Under the pieces are notes generated by a model. The model saw only the letters and a program-made list of their open reading frames with translations, did no database searches and was not told where the DNA came from. The position numbers and the translations under genes are program-made. A stretch of DNA of 63,994 nt, counting the filler, from Sphacelaria rigidula (lineage: Eukaryota): NCBI GenBank assembly GCA_964200075.2. It is 4 parts of 4 records of this genome, joined end to end, with 100 filler letters (N's around TTAATTAATTAA, not from the genome) between each part and the next. Parts side by side here need not be neighbours in the genome. Positions count along the whole stretch, not along the records: positions 32,242 to 48,255 come from CAXNAA020001515.1; positions 48,356 to 63,994 come from CAXNAA020001661.1; 2 more parts are not named here. The stretch is one strand, 5' to 3'. Below, one piece after another: positions 47,688-60,220 of the stretch; positions within the stretch are counted from its first letter, which is position 1; each line of letters opens with the position of its first letter.

Positions 47688-48255
47688 TATAACCCCTGAG
47701 TGACGCTTTTCGAAGCATAGTACGTAAATAATACTACAGTACGCAACGTATCTTCTGGCAGACTGAGTGAGAGGGAGGCGTGCCACAGCGCGCCGCAGGC
47801 CACAGTGCTGCTCTCAATTGTATTACAGTACAATACTGCTGTGGAAGATTTGTAGATCTCACCAGGTACATACAAATATTTGTGAGAGCCGAAACGCATT
47901 TCGGAATGTATAATTACAAGAGTAAGCTTTTATCGTGTTGATGGGACGCAACCCTTGTCGATGACGAACGGGCCGTCGATCAGGGGGTTACGTACCGGGA
48001 AAATATTTCGGGACACGTAGGCCTCAGGATCGAAAAATTGAGTTTTTGAAGGCGGGGAGGCAGGCTGCGGTCCCCTGGTTCACCGGAATGTTGAAGGTGA
48101 CTCTATTAGGAGTAGGAACGGTGCTCCGTCTCGAAAAGGATGTCCCCCCTTACCTCTAGACTCTTTGGGTTGGCGTCGAGTGGCAACGGCGCTGTAAAAC
48201 AAGCCACCAACACCTAGACAAATGTACAGACTGCCACGATACAAATACCGGGGAC

Positions 48256-48355
48256 NNNNNNNNNNNNNNNNNNNNNNNNNNNNNNNNNNNNNNNNNNNNT
48301 TAATTAATTAANNNNNNNNNNNNNNNNNNNNNNNNNNNNNNNNNNNNNNNNNNNN
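48256..48355. other. Assembly spacer
   Basis: N44-TTAATTAATTAA-N44. Confidence 0.98.
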
Positions 48356-48529
48356 TCCTGCTGAGATTGTTCGGCCCGAAGGCTACCGATTATGTTGCAT
48401 TTGGATGACAGCCGACAATGAGTTGCTCTATTTTCTGGTATCGCCACTTCCAGAGACAGCCATGGCTTATGCACTGCCTAATGGGTGCGTCACCATGGTT
48501 GGGGGGGTGGGGTTTGTTTTTCCACAGGT

Positions 48530-48620
48530 GGTCATTGGGCTGCCTGTACTCTCAAATTTGGGCGTTACAGACGTTACACAACGTCTGTAACGCCCAAAGT
48601 ACAGGTAGCCCACTGGCTAC
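48530..48620. repeat. Short hairpin element (19-bp perfect inner stem, 4-nt loop)
   Basis: tttgggcgttacagacgtt-acac-aacgtctgtaacgcccaaa at 48557-48598, extended by tgggctgcctgtact / agtacaggtagccca. Confidence 0.85.
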
Positions 48621-49039
48621 CCGTGTCATTGTTTCACTACGAACTATGAAGAGGCACAATAGTTTTCTGAGTGACGAGAGGTACAAACGGCACTCTGACG
48701 CTGAAAGTGTTGCTCCAAAAGGCACTTCATGGTGGAGAATTTTACCGATATCGTCTATTTTCCCTTCCACTCTGACTCTAAGATGGGAAAAATGCTTTCC
48801 GAAACTCTCTGCTACCAGCAAGATTTCTAGGTATCCGTACGTGGTCGAGCTTCTGGAGAGAATCAGCGCCGTCACCAAGCGAGATATGCTCCACGACGGT
48901 GCCCCGCCCCCTGAGGGGACGCTGCCAGCGGGAGCACCGGAGGGTGGTGAGCCGCCGGAGCAACGCGCGACTCCACACCAATGCGCTCCCACCGGATGTC
49001 GTACACCAGACTTACAAAGCAGAACCCGTCGTGAAGTAT

Positions 49040-49810
49040 GCCTACACAACGGTTAGCCTCTCAAACAGCTCGGCGTGGGAGAACGCCGCAAATACTTCGA
49101 AACACGTTTGAAGGGACCATGAGCCTGCCGGCAAAGGAACACCGCGTAAAGCGGCCTCAGGCAAACGAACAACATGTACAACCTTCTGCCGGCTACCTCG
49201 TCCCAACCGGAAACAAGGTGATCGTTCTCGATGAGTCTACAAAAGGAGAGCAGACAACTGCCTCAAGGACCAAGTCATCGTGCTGGGTTGGGGACAAGTC
49301 CACCGCGTCGATTGCTTCAGTACGCTTGCTGCTGTCTGCAAGATTCAGACCATCAACATGGTGTCGGGAGCCGCGGCGGGGTACAATCTGGAGCGCTGGT
49401 AGCTGGACTACAACACCGCTGCTCTGAACGTCGAACTTGAGGAGGGAGTGTACGTTGAATGGTGCCGGATATGAGGCTTTCGACGGCGCAATCGACCATG
49501 GAAGCAAAGCTGTTGGCCGCAGCACTCAATATAAAGGATGCCGCATTTTTCTCGCACGTGATGCGCGAGCTGGAGCTTCGTACGCGCTGCGACTCCGTCA
49601 TCGTCTACATCGACAACATCTCGACTCCTCCCGTCACCGGTTATCGTACCTACAGCTCGCGAGTCAAGCATGTAGCTCTACGATACTCCGTCATCGAGGA
49701 TATGATCAAGGAAGGGAGAATCGCCGTTTCTTTTACACGCCAAGACCGAGGACCGACTTGCCGATATCGGAACAGAACACCTGAGCAAACACAGGCCTCG
49801 CTACCCTCGC
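49040..49810 (+). mobile_element. Ty1/Copia relic (integrase, RT and RNase H fragments)
   Basis: AWENAANTSKHV (integrase-like), VDCFSTLAAVCKIQTINMV and LDYNTAALNVELEEGVY (RT), STMEAKLLAA...YIDNIS...SSRVKHVALRY (RNase H). Confidence 0.88.
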
Positions 49811-49899
49811 CCAGCTTAGCAATGCGTTCAAAGCCTGTCTTCAGATTGGCTCTAGGGCTTGTTCTTCTCGTTTTTCATCTGAGGTACGTAGACAGAACA

Positions 49900-50957
49900 T
49901 CGGTCTGGGATGTTCATGCTGGGTGGTGATCACCCCTTTCAAAGCGAAAAATCAGCGAGTATTCGCGTTGAGGGGGATTGTCGGAAAATGATGCGTTGAA
50001 GCTCATGCCCTCAAGGCTTCGTATGGTGGTGTTTCGTGTGAGATCAGGACAAGCACAGCAGCGTCTCCAGATGACATCGTAGATTGCCGGTACTATCTCC
50101 AACACGTCGGTCTGAAGCGGGGTGTAGTAGGGGGATCACTTCCGTCGGTTACTTTTCAATGGATTGTACTACATAGTGGGCTTATTCCGGGTTGCCTTGC
50201 CCGGAAGAAGCACCTTTAACACCATCTTCTCCCTATACTCCCAGCGCAGTGTATCTGCTGACTTGTCTGAAACGTCACCCGCGCCAACCTATGCGACCAC
50301 ACTGAGGAACGCCCATGGATATTTTTCAACAATGCGCTAGAGTTATGCAATCTTGAGAGGCCTTGACGCCCAAAACGTAGACGAACCACTTCCTTCGTTC
50401 AATCTGACGTGGGGTAGCCTCAAGCGCACGGAGGTTCTCTGGAAGACGTTCACCCAGATGGCGTAACATAAAATTGCGAGTCTACGCAAAACCAACAGGT
50501 TGCAATACTCGCAGCAACCTTCAGCCGTTCACCCCATCACCCTTGACCTGGCAGAAAATTACAACCTCGGTCTAGTTGCTTGTAAGTCATCGTATACGGC
50601 CTTCTCGATACGTGTATATTCATGTTTCTCTCACGAGTGATTATAGATGCCTGTTTTTTGTCCCTTTTCTAAATCTGTGAATAACGGGATGGGAGGGAAA
50701 GGCTTCGAAAGGATCATATTGTTTGACTCGTCACTCACCTCCATCAGCCGATTCATGGCGTCATGTACCTCAGAACCAGCGAGCACGGCTTGATCTTTCA
50801 CCGCGCTGACTGGCCCAGAAAAGGGAAGCGCTCCAACGAACGACACGAACATGGGCAGGAGTGCAGTGGACGCCACCACGGAGAAGATACCCACGCGTCT
50901 CAAAGAATCACTCGTCTTGGCCATCATCACCATCGTCGTCGCTATCACCATCACCAT
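49900..50957 (-). pseudogene. Exon-like relics of an unidentified gene (hydrophobic N-terminus)
   Basis: ORF 50631-50957 has a signal/TM-like stretch and a GTGAGT donor near 50738. The next CAG-flanked segment below 50548 contains stops. Confidence 0.3.
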
Positions 50958-51576
50958 TTCGTTGGTAGCGGGATCCGATCGAGGCTTATTCGGGCAGTGA
51001 ACGACAAGCGGACGGGGGGAGAAGCTTGCAGCATAGCGGAGCAGCAGAAGAAGCAGCGATGAACGGTACGTTCGTTGGTCGGAGGCATCGATCGCGAGCC
51101 GATGATATTAGCTTATCCGCAAAACTTCAGGCCGTTCTTGGAAGCTAGATTCTACACCGTCGCACGTATATACTTCGAGTCATGAAGAATTTTTGAAAGA
51201 TTGAGGTATTTCGATGTTGTTGCTTTTTTCGGTGATGGGGGGGTCCCAGGATCCCGGCGGGTCCCATGCCCTATCCCCGAAACAATCGGAAGAGTCTGAC
51301 CTTCGAAACGTTTGTGAAGACACATGGTACATGTGCACCCCGAAAAATGGCTTGAAGTTAACAAAATGGCGCGACGTTCTACGCTTTCGTGCGATGAAGT
51401 AGACTTGGATTTTACATTATAGGAACTACTTGAGTTTCCACAGTACTAAGGTCGACGTATCAGTTTTAACCTGGAAACGACTCCATCGCATCAGCTCTTC
51501 TATTTACGTCAGATAACTCTCTACAAATTTGGTCTGGACTACCCTCGGACGCACAGATTTTATTTGTCATTTTCAG

Positions 51577-52253
51577 GAATTGTGTACCGACTCCTGGGGG
51601 ATCTTCACGGGAGGATCCCCGAAAGCCAGTAAAGAGCGGAGAAATTCAACGTAGTTTCGACGATACAGCTTTCTATTTGGAGGACGAAGACGTACCAGCC
51701 TCCTAGTTCGAGAGCCGTCTGAGCGTTCCTATGAGAGATATGAGGGAAGCGTTCAGGAGGCTTGATGCGTCTTTGGTGCACGTTATTAGTGGAAATCCGA
51801 CAACGCCAAGACTCACAACCCCAAAATCCGATCGCTTGGGGTATTATTCGATCACGTTCTTCCTGTTTTCTGATATGGAGTGATGCTGCGATAGGGTCTG
51901 CGCTTTTGCGGCCTGAGAGGAAATCGGGATTTAGGCATGTCGAATCACCTTTGACTCTCACCACAGTTCCTAGAGCCTCAGGGTGGAACATGCATCCATG
52001 ACCCATTAGATAATTCCAGTCTGAGGTTCGGGCGGAGGTCACAATGTTCTCAGATATTGAATTTTCTCAGGTCGGTTTTGACCCCAAAAGTGCAGACCCT
52101 ATCGCAGCATCACTCTATGTTTTTGGTGTTAAATTCCCGAGATGATGGCGATTACTACGACTTGAAGCAGTTGAAGAGTGGGTAAATATTGTCTTGGAAA
52201 TTCAATCGTTTTGAGTTTCTTCAGGAAAATTTGAAGGGCGTTGATTACTCGAG
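51577..52253 (+). pseudogene. Exon-like relic interrupted by MITE A
   Basis: TTTTCAG acceptor. After MITE removal one frame runs about 145 codons with two stops, to a GT donor. Confidence 0.35.
51878..52115. mobile_element. MITE family A (different internal body)
   Basis: TATG|GAGTGATGCTGCGATAGGGTCTGC ... GCAGACCCTATCGCAGCATCACTC|TATG: perfect 24-bp TIR and 4-bp TSD. Confidence 0.95.
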
Positions 52254-52533
52254 GTACTTTCTTGCCCATAGCGCCACAGCTAGGGTGGCCTAGCACGAAA
52301 ACCCATGCCCTCTTGCGTTGGCCATGGCGATCAGTATTTTACCATATATATGACTGCTTGAGAGAAGTTGTGGGAGACACTCGCTACTTGGTGCACCTGT
52401 GACCTGGTTGCAGCTAATATCATCGGTCGGCTAGAACTGAACTGGAACTGACGATCAGGGCGCCAGAAGTACAGGTTATTTGAGTTTTGTCGTTACCGGC
52501 TACTACGTGTAGCTTTCAATAATTTTGGTATGA

Positions 52534-52977
52534 AGCACGGGATATTACAAAATGGGGATGGATCTTTTGTTGGGGATGAGAAACCCGGAGGATTAAAATC
52601 TTCGTATCCACACCAAATCTTCGAAATATGGTTCCATTTCTTCACCTACTGATAGCTATTGACATTTGCTACACGCCATAGAGGTTTGGATTTCGATCAC
52701 CAAAGTATTGAGGTCCTAGATGGAAGAAAAATTTCGGAACCGTTCTGGCGTCCGTTCGGACACCCGGTATTCCCAAAAAATAGTTTTTCACCTACGACTC
52801 CAACATTTTGGTGATCGAAATCCAAACTTCTATGTCGTTTAGCAGTTGTCAATAGCTATCAGTAGGTGAAGAAATGGAACCATATTTCGAAGATTTGATG
52901 TGGATACGAAGACTTTAATCCTCCGGGTTTCTCATCCCCAATAAAAGATTCATCCCCAATTTGTAAGATCCCGTGCT
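52534..52977. mobile_element. Foldback element, arms ~190 bp
   Basis: ATGA|AGCACGGGAT ... ATCCCGTGCT|ATGA; long near-identical inverted arms. Confidence 0.92.
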
Positions 52978-53030
52978 ATGATGATCGTGAACAAAGATGG
53001 TCACACCACTATATACAATTTTCATTGTTC

Positions 53031-53320
53031 CGCCCCGATGGTCTGATGGTTCGATTGTCGCCATGAGGGTGGAGGGAACGTGGGTTCGATCCCCGATGTG
53101 TTAAAGTTTTTCCAGGAAGCGTCTGGTTTCCACCGTCGAAAGCGGGAGCACGTGAACAATAGCAATAGACTGAGTTTATTTGGCGAAAGTTGACGCGGGG
53201 CGGGGTTGCTGATCCCATGGGCGAGATCAAAGTGAAAAGCGTGGACAAGGGATAGATGGCTTGATTCCTTGAGACCACGGACTAGTCCCAAAATATTGGA
53301 ATGACTTTGAATTGTGACCA
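53031..53320 (+). mobile_element. tRNA-derived SINE, copy 3 (more diverged)
   Basis: cgccccgatggtctgatgg...gggttcgatcccc head; body matches copies 1 and 2 to about 53290. Confidence 0.82.
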
Positions 53321-53650
53321 GAAAGAAAATAAATCTGCACACTACAGTAGAAGTAATCCCATCAAAGCTATAGTTTTCTGTCGTTCAACCACAGCGTGAA
53401 CATCTCAACGAATGGTCTGTCACATGAGGAAACATGTAAGAAAAAACCTGCGTGGCTAATGTACGGCGGAACGCTTGGTGAGGAACTGTCAAACGCCAAA
53501 CCCCACTTGCCTACTGTCAGTTACATGCAGAAAAGCGACGTCAACATGATATAGCACACGCCCACCAAACCTTGAAGTGATGAAGCGCATGTATACCAAG
53601 GCTCATCGCTTCATCGCACAACACCTGACAACAGAAACAGCGAACGGTAA

Positions 53651-53849
53651 CCCGCGACCACAAGATACAATATACCCGTTGGCTGGATATTCAACGTCGT
53701 AAAAGTTTCTGATGGTCCAAACGGATGTGAAGAACTTCGCGCCATGATCCCCGCGACCACAATATACAATATACCCGTTGGCTGGATATTCAACGTCGTA
53801 AAAGTTTCTGAAGGTCCGAACGGATGTGAAGAACTTCGCGCCATGATCC
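53651..53849. repeat. 99-bp near-identical tandem duplication
   Basis: cccgcgaccacaa.atacaatatacccgttggctgg at 53651 and 53750. Confidence 0.95.
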
Positions 53850-55500
53850 TTATGTGTGGCCAGCCCTGCGCACGTGGATAATTAGCACCCTATGGGGCAC
53901 GTCTACAGGGTTCCGGGAAACTGTGCAGTCTTCCTCGCGGGGATCTGGCTATAGTTCTGTCTTGCGGCGCACAGGACGCTCCACAGGGCTTCAGGGAAAT
54001 TGTGCAGGATTTCTCGCGGGGATTTGACTGCAGTGTATTGTTTTGTGACACACAGGGTGCTTCACTGGGTTTCGTCTCTCCGTATAGAGTTCGTCCCTGC
54101 GGCATGGAAATGGTACTGGCAGGAAAAAAGGCCGAAAAATCACAGTAGTAGGACTCGAATTCAAAAATTGGTGTGTCGGCGTGCGTCAGTGTGTACATTG
54201 AGCTACCTAGCTTGTTGCCGAGCAAGTACATTTTGTACTTTTATTAGATATCAAGCAAAAACCTCTCTAAACAAAAATTACTCGGTTGAGTGATTTGGGT
54301 AGACTGCGCACCACGGGGTTTTCAAAAGCAATGTAAAGTCATATCTGAGGTATACACCGACTGATCACGCCGAGTTTGTGCTTAAAGCACAGGTGTCGAA
54401 ATAACCACGTAACCAATGTGTGGGATCTCTACTCAGCGAAAGCTGTTGAGAAATTTTCATTCTTTTGGGCTATAGGATGAAATCCTCTCAACAACTTTCG
54501 TTGCGTATGTGATCTCATACGCTGGTAACGGTGCAGTATGCGGGATATGCACAGCTGACGCTGCTTGCAATAAATCTCTTTCCCCCCAATTTCCGAATGA
54601 AATTGGAGGGCAAAGTGAAGATTTATTTTGAGCTTCTTCCGCTGTTCTAATTCCAAATCTGCCAGTATCCATGGGATTTGCGCAGCAGAATGAGCTGTTC
54701 GAAATAGATTTTTTTCCCCCCCAATTTAAATGGGCGAAAAAAATGTCTATTTTAGATAGGTTCTTCTGCTGTTCGGAATAGATTTTTTTGTTGCCCAAAT
54801 AAAATGGGCGAAAAAAGGATCTGTTTTGAATAGATCCTCCTGCTGTGCGAGATAAATTTACAGATTTTATACCAAAATAATTTGGAATTTTCGAAATTGG
54901 GAAGGCCTCTCCACAGGGTTACTTGCACGGTTTCGACAAAAACGCTATGCAAAATGCTATTACAGGTACTAGGGTTTGCAAATGCTGCACAGGGGTCTTC
55001 ACAAAGACTGTGGAGAACCCTGTGCAGCTCGTCCTACAGGATGCTCTTTGTCCACGTGTGTGGCTTCCTTGCTCCCGACGCCCCGCATGGGGAGTCGATG
55101 CTGCTGAATACTGATAGATTATTTTCGAATCGTTCAACATGCTTGATGAGAATTTATTATTATCTAAGCATCGTAGCTCCTCTACGTGAGCGCTTACATT
55201 TTCGACCATGAATTATCCACGATTTTTTAGGAGGAAACAAGTCACATACAGCATTTGCGCTGGCTCCGGCGGGCGCTTCCGCAGCCCCCCCGTCACCAAC
55301 CAGGGGGGGGTGTACTCATGATCATGCATGACATAGTCATCAGACCATTGACCTCGCATGCCTACAAAGCCGGGACGGAGCACGCCGGGTTCTCGCCGGA
55401 CCAGGCTCGCACCAACCAGGGGGGGGCGGGGGGGTAATGGGGGGGGCGTCTAAGCTCGTGGCCTCGCCGCTCGCCACGGGCGTTTCCCCAGTTAATTGGC

Positions 55501-55556
55501 GAATAATAGCTGGGAAAGCATCGAATAGCTGGGAAAGCATCGAATAGCTGGGAAAA
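55501..55556. repeat. 19-bp tandem repeat x3
   Basis: gaatagctgggaaagcatc repeated. Confidence 0.9.
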
Positions 55557-55713
55557 GATCGGTTAACCGGCCGCTGGCGTGGTCAGTCTAAAATTAATTG
55601 ACCTGGACCACCAGTTCACAGCCTTACATTATACTCGCAACTATTTTGTTGAATTTTTGGCGACGAGCATGAACAAGCGTGTATTATGTTGTATGTTGTG
55701 GTGGGGACACGAT

Positions 55714-55927
55714 TGCAATGCGTGGGAGGACCGCGTGCTTAAGGGATCGCATCGCAATTCACACCTCCCTACGGTGAGGGTTACGATTAGGGTTAGTTAG
55801 TGTTGGGGTTAGGGTGAGGGGCGTGGTTCCTGCAGGGACTGGCCCCATTGGCTTTCAAAAACATCGATCCTGAGGTATTTTGAACTACGATGCGGTCCCT
55901 TAGCACGCGGTCCTCCCACGCATTACA
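55714..55927. mobile_element. MITE with internal degenerate TTAGGG tract
   Basis: TIR of about 40 bp, aatgcgtgggaggaccgcgtgct / agcacgcggtcctcccacgcatt; internal gattagggttag...ggggttagggtgagggg. Confidence 0.85.
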
Positions 55928-58760
55928 GCGATGACGCGGCTGTGGGATGGCGTTCCCCCCCCCCTCCCCCCCGAGCTTAACACCATGGATATTTTATCCA
56001 TTCACAGCTGGGGAAGTACAAGACGCGTGAGCCTGTAAGCATAAGTCAGAACGAGCGTAAACATGGATGGCGTACGTGCTTTGGTGCTACAGTATGATAC
56101 GAGACATGGTGGGATTATGCATGCCCGGTTTGACGAAACCCCGGCAGTGTTGAATATCGAACGGACAAAAAAAACAAACGATACGACATTTTTCAAATAT
56201 CGACGAAAAAATGTCGTTATGGTGTTTTTCGATACGCGGAAAGTGATCGGGTACAAACCGAAGATCGATGCTCGATAGAGATAGGGCTGTTTTGGAAGGG
56301 ACGCAGCTCGCAAGACATCACGGTACTATACTGACACGCTAGCAACCTGGTAACCCGAAGTGGGTGCACGCCTGATTGCATGAAAGTACAGCAGCACAGG
56401 AGTGTAATTTGTTACTTGAGATCATATGAAGTGGTCGCACAACACGCGGTGTGATGCTTCTGTCCAACAACAAATGTCCCAATATTGTGCAAAAGGCGAC
56501 AAGCAAAAAAAAGAGGTCGTTGATCACAGCGCCAGGTGTGATGTATGATACATGGTGTGTTGTTCAAGCCGGTGATTTCAAACAGTAGTATATTTCGCGG
56601 CCACTATCCCGCCATGTTTCGATCGAATCAGATCGTTCACCTCGACTCTGCGTACTGCGCCCTGTGAATGGACTCCTCATGATTCAATATCGAACGCGCC
56701 AAACCTCGAAAGTGCGTGATGAACGCAAATGCGCGCTCGCTTTTTCTGTTCTCGATACCAAGCAAGGGAAAACATTGGCGGCATGCGTCCAACTTTTTCA
56801 TAGTTGGGTGCACAACGCAGTATTAACTCTAGACGCCTAAACGCCAAAGCAACACAGACAGTAGCATTCTAAAGCTTGTAGTAAACAAATGGATATGACG
56901 AGAAGAGGAAATTGTCACCTACCCTGACACACGCGAAACACTGCCGCCGACTTGAACCATTTACAAGGCACCTGCAGTATTCTGTCGCCCCCTTTCTAAT
57001 GTGTGTACACGCGATACCGCTAAACAACCAACTGCAATGTGCAAACATTGTGGAAACGCCGCACACACATAAACAAAGTTGGCTCCACTGCTGCGCTTGC
57101 TCACGGTTCGGCAGAAACGTCGACGACAGACTCTGCGCTACCGCAGGCGACCAAGCCAAGAGTCTTCAAGGCGGCTCATGTTATAGACCGGTGTGGCTCG
57201 TCGCAAGTTGGTGCGCAGTGCGCGGACGATGTGTGCGCGGTCTGTGTGGTATGTGATGCGTTTGGAATATGGTGGGATGGTGGGGTGATGGGCAGTGGGG
57301 TGGTGGGCGGGGGGTGGAGGCATGCGAAAAAGGGGGGAGGATATGTTGTCCACCAACCCCCGATAAAAAAAAAAGAATAAATGAGTAAATGAATGAATAA
57401 ATATATATATATATATATATATCGACGATATCGATATCCCATATCGATATCGATATTGATACGTATCGACAATTATCAGCGGCGTGAACACCGGCGGTAT
57501 CGATATGCTGTATCGATGATATTTGTTGAAATCGTATCCAGTACTCGTATCAATATCCGATTTTTAACACTGAACCCCGAAAGTTGAAATGTGTAACCGT
57601 CATTTATGCGGTGCAACTGTGGGGACATCTCGACACAACTTGTACTAACACACACATGGCATTATCAGAGAGTACATAGCCAGGGACCACGTAGAACTCC
57701 ACCCTGCCATTTGGTGAAAAATTGAGTTGCCCATATTGCATGCACATAGACCTACGCTGTACACCCATCGTGTGAGTCTGTTACCTTCCAGTACCCGCGC
57801 ACCATAGCCGGGAGCCATACGAGCGCTTTGGTCACATCTGTACTATTTGTTCAATCGGATGTGAGAAATGTTGCGTGTTGACGGACAGCTCAACAGCAGT
57901 AGATGGTTATGGGAATGCAATAGAAGAAAGTATCCGTCACCCCGCCCATCTCTTGCACAAAACACATGTTACACACTGCTCACCTCGTACAGACGGCACA
58001 CTCATGGAAATCGGCGATCGGAGATTAACGAACTGTTCGTTTCGATTACGTTCAAGTACGTCCCCATAGTTGCTCTCTTCAGTTTTTTGCGAACTGCGAT
58101 CACCACATGCGGGTAACCTCATCACCTACTGTGGTGCTTGCTACACAGTGGGAGTTAACAACCGTTATGTGTCAGTAGTTGCGATACGCACAATCATATT
58201 CACTCCTTTCGAGCTACCTTGTCAAACACCGGAGAATCGTCATCTGTTCGAGATTTTTTGCAGATAGACGTGCTACACAAAGAGGCTACGCATGTAAGTG
58301 CATCCTTGGCAAAGTGGAGAGGAAAATGCGCCTAGCCGCAGCGCACCTTCTCAGCATCCGCAGGGATCACGACTGTACCACGAGGTTTGTGATTGCGGTG
58401 GTCCCGGTGCTGCCGGGTGAGAAGTGTAGAAGGAAGGAGCGCTGCTGTTTTGATGTTGTGCGCTGTAATGTCGCGGGTTAGCTGCAGCTCCAAGGGCATG
58501 TAGGCTCTTCTGAGGCCGTGTCTTGTCGAGACAAAAACAGAAGGCGAGCAAAAAGAAGCGGGCAAAGGGAGCATGTTGATTGGTCGCTTCGATACCACCC
58601 CACGCGACGACAAGAAGCGGCGGCGCCTTTTTTTCGTGACGGCGAATTTTAGTGCTGTTCGCCAAGACGTTTTCAGGCAGCTCACCATGAAGAGCAACAT
58701 GAACCTGCGACGCAATTGCCCTTGCTCTGGTACGTACACGTCACGCAGCCTAGACCTGAG

Positions 58761-60099
58761 GAGGGATGCTACGGTAGGGGTGCCATTATTATCGACACAG
58801 TTTTTTCGGAGATCGCCAAGATTCTGGGCGTTTTCGCACGTGGCGCTTGGCGTTCTCCGAAAATGAAGAGGCTCTATATAGTTTTTCGCCAAGCCTTCGC
58901 GTTTGGCGAACGCCGAATATTTCGGACCACATCGCAATACTCCGTAGAGCTGCCCTTGGCGCACGCCGTGGCGTTCGCAAGCATGGGAAAATCATCAGGA
59001 ACCTTGCTAGTGACACCCTGGGTTATGTCATAGGGTAAAAAGCACAGCGGGTTGGCGGTATATCTATCTCCTTAGACGGTGTGTGCCCCGGCAGCGATGT
59101 GTTGGAGCTGTTGGGGTCAAGCACGGTGGTCGTCGTTCGCAGACATGCGCTCTTCCGAAGTGAAGAGCAGATACAATCCAGTAACCACCTATGCACCTGC
59201 AGTTCTGCTACGAGTTTACGCTACCACACCGTCTGAAAAGTGCATAGCTGGTGGTTTACTTGGGTGTATCTGCGCACACAAGTCACAGAAAGCAAGCATG
59301 CTGCAATCTATGCACGGGGCTTTCCACAGTCGGTGTTTTTACTCATGTATGTTGCGCAGCATCCCGAGAGAGCTGGTCGACCACGCCCTAGCCTGTCCGA
59401 CTGCCCCCCCGTGTCACAGAGAGGTTGTGAGAAATATGTCCACCACAGTTAGGAATGCCGTACACGGGCAGTTAGCATCAACCTGTCCTTTATTTTGCTA
59501 GCGAAGGCAACCGAACGGCGAGATCAGCACCATCTGTAATCAGACATCTAACAGCAACAACAGCGGTAAATTTATATAGTAATAATGAGCCTCGGGCGAT
59601 TGCCGAAATTTCAGACCTTCTCCCATTTATATTTGTCGATAATAGAGTGTCGGAAAACAAAAGTTTGAGCCAAAAACCTCAGCAGGGATAATCTGCGTCT
59701 TCTAACTAAAATCCAATCAAACGATGATTATCCCTGAGGTTTTCCGGCCTGTGTTTGTTTCCCGAAACTCTCTCATAAAGCCCCTGTCGCAGGTTAAGGG
59801 GCACGCCCGCTTAAGGGCAGCTTTTCGCTTAAGGGCAAAAGGGCGGGCGTGCGCCTTAATCTGCAACAGGCCCTTGGAGTTGTCGGGAGCCCTTTATCTG
59901 ATCCAAAACACGACTTACGAAATATGCTACGGTACGCCAGGATTACTCCTCCAATGTGCCATACTACAGTAGGGATATTCCGAAAGAATTTGTAAACGGG
60001 GATGCTCTGACCCATATTCTTGTGCATCTACAATCGTAAGGAGCCCATGGAGCGGACAAGATTTTGCGCAAAAAGTACACCCTTACCGTAGCACTGCTC
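58761..60099. mobile_element. Long (1339 bp) member of family A (Sola2-like deletion derivative)
   Basis: TGAG|GAGGGATGCTACGGTAGGGGTG ... CACCCTTACCGTAGCACTGCTC|TGAT; the last ~225 bp match the short family A body. Confidence 0.75.
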
Positions 60100-60220
60100 T
60101 GATGCACAAGCTCACGTAGTCTCTGATTTCACTGTTCCAGGGTAGAAAGTGAAACGTTTCACACGTCGGACGAGTCATTACTCGTCGAAACGAGTGCACT
60201 CATGGATGTTTTTTGAAAAC

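Noticed and set aside
55775..55820. True telomere or chromosome fusion site
   Set aside because: Short degenerate tract enclosed within MITE TIRs.
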